Source: Squalus acanthias
Taxonomy: Eukaryota
DNA length: 64,000 nucleotides
NCBI GenBank assembly: GCA_030390025.1
Contig: CM059431.1
Location: 150,042,001 to 150,106,000, forward strand
Direction of reading: 5' to 3'
Under the pieces are notes generated by a model. That model saw only the letters and a list, made by a program, of their open reading frames with translations. It did not search any database and was not told the origin of the DNA. Every line of letters begins with the position of its first letter. The stretch's first letter is position 1. Of the stretch, positions 60,530 through 64,000 are shown one piece after another. Position numbers and translations under genes: made by a program.

Positions 60530-61098
60530 AGATGTATGTATGAGGGTTGCTGAGGGAATGAATGGTGGAAATAGCGCATGATCTGGCCAGAATCTTTAAA
60601 TCCTCCTTGGATATTCCAGTGGGGCCAATGTTACTCCCAGTTTAAAAAAGAAGCGAGGGATAAACAATGTAACTACAGGACAGTCAGGCGAACGTCGGTG
60701 GTGGGGAAAGTTCTAGAGGCCATATTCCCGGAGAAAATTGTTTGTCACTTGGAAAGAAACATGGATTATTAAATGACAAGCAGCACGGATATGCTAACAG
60801 CAAAGTGTGTCTGACAAACTTGATTAAGTATTTTGATGAAGTAACGTCGAGGATTAATGAGTTTGGCGTGGTTGACGTTGTGTATATGGACTTTAAAAAT
60901 TCATTTAATGAAGTGCCATTAAAAAAACGTGTTAAGACTAAGGGGGCAGTGGCAATGGGGATTTCACTTTTGCTATGCGACAAAAAACAAAAAGTAGTGG
61001 TGAATGGCTGTTGTTCAGACTGGATGGAAGTATCCAGTGCTTAGCCCAGGGTTCCCTATTCGAACCATTGATAACTTTGAAAAATATTAATGATGTAG

Positions 61099-61138
<40 letters not shown>

Positions 61139-62120
61139 GAGACAGACTGGTGAAATGAGCAAAATGATAAAAGGTGTCATCGACACTGCTATTAAGTGGT
61201 CCTTGCCCACCAATAACCTACTCACCGACGCTCAGTTTGGTTTCAGCCAGGAACACTCGGCTGCAGACTTCATTACAGCCTTGGTCGAAACATGGAGAAC
61301 GAGCTGAATTCCAGTGTTGAGGTGAGAGTGAATGCCCTGGACATGAAGGCAGCATTTGACCAAGTGTGGCATTAAGGAGCACTCGTAAAGCTGGAGTCAA
61401 TGGGAATGAGGGGGTAAACTCTTCATCGGCTGGAGTCATACCTAGCACAAAGGAAGATGGCTCTGGTTGTTGGAAATCAATAATCTCAGACGCAGGACAT
61501 CGCTGCAGGAGTTGCTCAATGAAGTTTCCTAGGCCCAAACATCTTCAGCTGCTTCATCAATGACCATCCCTTCATCATAAGGTCAGAAATGGGGATATTC
61601 GCTTAAGTTTGCAGTGGGCACTTCCATTCGCAACTCCTCAGATAATGAAGCAGCCCGTGTCCGCATGCAGCAAGACCTGGACGAATTTCAGACTTTGGCT
61701 GATAAGTGGCAAGTAACACTCGCACCACACAAGTGCCAGGCAATGACGATCTCTAACAAGAGCCACCTGCCAGTGACATTCAATGGCATTACCACGGTCA
61801 AATCCCACACCAACTATATCCTGATGGTCATCATTCAACCGAAATTTAACTGGATCGGGACCAGCCGCATAAACATTGTGGCTACAAAATCAGGTCAGAG
61901 CCTGGGTATTCTGCGACGATTGTCTCTCATCCTGACAACCCAAATGTTTTTCCACCATCTACAAGGCACAAGTCAGGAGTGTTATGGAATACTTTCCACT
62001 TGCCTTGATGGGTACAGCTCCAACAACACTCCAGATGATCGACATCACCCAGTACAAAGCAGCCTGTTTGATTGGCACCAAAACCAGGACCTTTAACATT
62101 CACTCCCTCCATCGCCAGCG
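60530..62120 (+). mobile_element. Old CR1 RT fragment, (TA)n at 61100-61134, then second-family LINE fragment (61155-62120)
   Basis: QHGY..CLTNLIKYFDEV; QFGFSQEHSA; composite junction shared with ~3105-3140. Confidence 0.75.
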
Positions 62121-62124
62121 CATC

Positions 62125-64000
62125 GGGAGAGAGAGAGATTTGGGGAGAGAGAGGGACGGGGAGAGATAAAAAGCAGAGAGAGAGAGACTGGTGAGACAGA
62201 AGGAATTAGGTTGAGAGACAATGGGGAGGGGGTGAGAGTCTGTGGGAGAGAGAGACTGCAGAGATGAGAGAGACTGGGAGAGAGAAAGACTGGGGAGAGA
62301 GCGACTGGAGAGAGAAGACTGGGGGAGAGAAAGACGGGGAGAGAGAGAGAGATTGGGGAGAGAGAGAGACTGGGGTGAAAGACTGAGAGACTTGGGAGAG
62401 AGTGAGGGTCTGCTGAGAGAGAGAGAGAGACTAGAGGAGAGAGATTGGTGACAGATACGGGAGAGAGTGAAACTGGAGAGAGAAAGAGAATGTGGAGAGA
62501 GACATAGTCGGAGAGAGATAGACTGGAGAGAGAGAGACTGGGGGAGAGAGAGAGAATGTAACTGGTAGAATAGATAAGGGAGAACCAGTGGATGTGGTGT
62601 ATTTGGACTTTCAGAAGGATTTCGATAAGGTCCCGCATAAGAGATTAGCGTGCAAAGTTAAAGCACATGGGATTGGGGGTGAGGTACTGATTTGGATAGA
62701 GAACTGGTTGGCAGACAGGAAGCAAAGAGTTGGAATAACCGGTCTTTTTCCAAGTGGCAGGCAGTGACTAGTAGGCTACGACAGGGATCGGTGCTAGCAC
62801 CCCAGCGATTCACAATATATATTAATGCTCTAGACGAGGGAACTAGATGTAATATCTCTGTTTGCAGACGACAGAAAACTGGGTGGGCGTGTGTGCTGTG
62901 AGGAGGATGGAGAGAAACTCCAGTATGATTCGGACAGGTTGGGTGATTGGGCAGATGCATGGCAGATGCAGTATAATGTGGATAAATGCGAGGTTATCCA
63001 CTTTGGTGGCAAAAATAGGAAGACAGATTATTATCTGAACGGCAATAGATTGGGAAAAGGGGAAGTGCAACGAGACCTGGGTGTCCTTGCGAATCAGTCG
63101 CTGAAGGTAAGCATGCAGGTGCAGCAGCCGGTTAAGAAGGCAAATGGTATGTTGGCCTTCATAGCGAGAGGATTCGAGTAAAGGAGCAAGAATGTCTTGC
63201 TGCAGTTGTACAAGGCCTTGGTGAGACCACACCTTGAGAATTGTGTGCAGTTTTATCGACTTATCTGAGGAAGGATGTTCTTGCCATGGAGGGAGTGCAG
63301 CGAAGATTTACCAGACTTATACCTGGGATGGCAGGAATGAAATATAAATAGAGATTGGGTCGATTAGGCTTATATTCGCTAGAGTTTCGAAGAATAAGAG
63401 GGGATCTCATTGAAACTTATAAAATTATAACAGGACTAGACAGACTAGATGCAGGAAGGATGTTCCCGATGGCGGGGGAGTCTAGAACCAGAGGTCACTG
63501 TCTAAGGATAAGGGGTAAGCCATTTAGGACTGAGATGAGGAGGAATTTCTTTACCCAGAGATTGGTGAACCTGTGGAATTCTCTACCACAGAAGGCAGTT
63601 GAGGCCAATTCATTAAATATAATCAAGAAGGAGATAGATATATTTCTTAAGGCCAAACGGATCAAGGGATATGGGGAGAAAGCAGGAACAGGGTACTGAA
63701 TTTGGATGATCAGCCATGATCTCATTGAATGGCGGAGCAGGCTCGAGGGTCCGAATGGCTTACTCCTGCTCCTATCTTCTATGTTTGTATGCTTCTATGA
63801 GATTGGGAGACAGTGTGAGAGAAAGGGAATGGAGAGAGTGAGACTGGGGAGAAGAGATAATGGGGAGAGAGAGACAGACTGTTGGAAAGAGAGACTGGAG
63901 AGAGATAAACTTGGGGAGAGAGACTGGGGATAGAGAGATTGGGGAGATAGAGACTGAGAGAGAGAGAGAGAATGGGGAAAGAGTGTGATTGTGGTAGAGA
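62125..64000. repeat. GA-rich low-complexity tract (62125-62556, 63800-64000) with a CR1 inserted
   Basis: Directly visible. Confidence 0.85.
62557..63799 (+). mobile_element. 5'-truncated CR1, same subfamily as 23460-26893
   Basis: VDVVYLDFQKDFDKVPH through KGYGEKAGTGY and 3' ttctatg. Confidence 0.92.

Overview
Repeat-dense eukaryotic DNA, most likely from a cartilaginous fish (inferred from the CR1/L2/RTE/Penelope/Deu-SINE mix and the type of GPR139-like gene). About 85-90% of the window is mobile-element or tandem-repeat sequence (estimated by eye). Three things stand out. (1) A 7.8-kb LTR provirus (8318-16152) with 1193-bp TG..CA LTRs, a GAAC TSD and a tRNA-Arg-like PBS. It carries a coiled-coil + CCHC gag, a protease, a pol lacking RT and integrase but keeping a retrovirus-type RNase H tail, and an env shaped like a paramyxo/pneumovirus-F or foamy-type class I fusion protein, i.e. 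lokiretrovirus-like. (2) A minus-strand GPR139/142-like GPCR with one intact main exon (TM1 second half-TM7) and two homologous promoter/first-exon units upstream: a proximal one broken by a Penelope insertion and an intact one 37 kb away. Each unit is trailed by duplicated splice-donor cassettes. (3) A young PIF/Harbinger cluster: two ~4.2-4.3-kb two-gene elements in inverted orientation (one with an intact transposase) and two ~0.9-kb non-autonomous copies. Shared composite junctions point to segmental duplication of the GPCR unit. All alignments and identities were judged by eye, and boundaries of old repeats are approximate.
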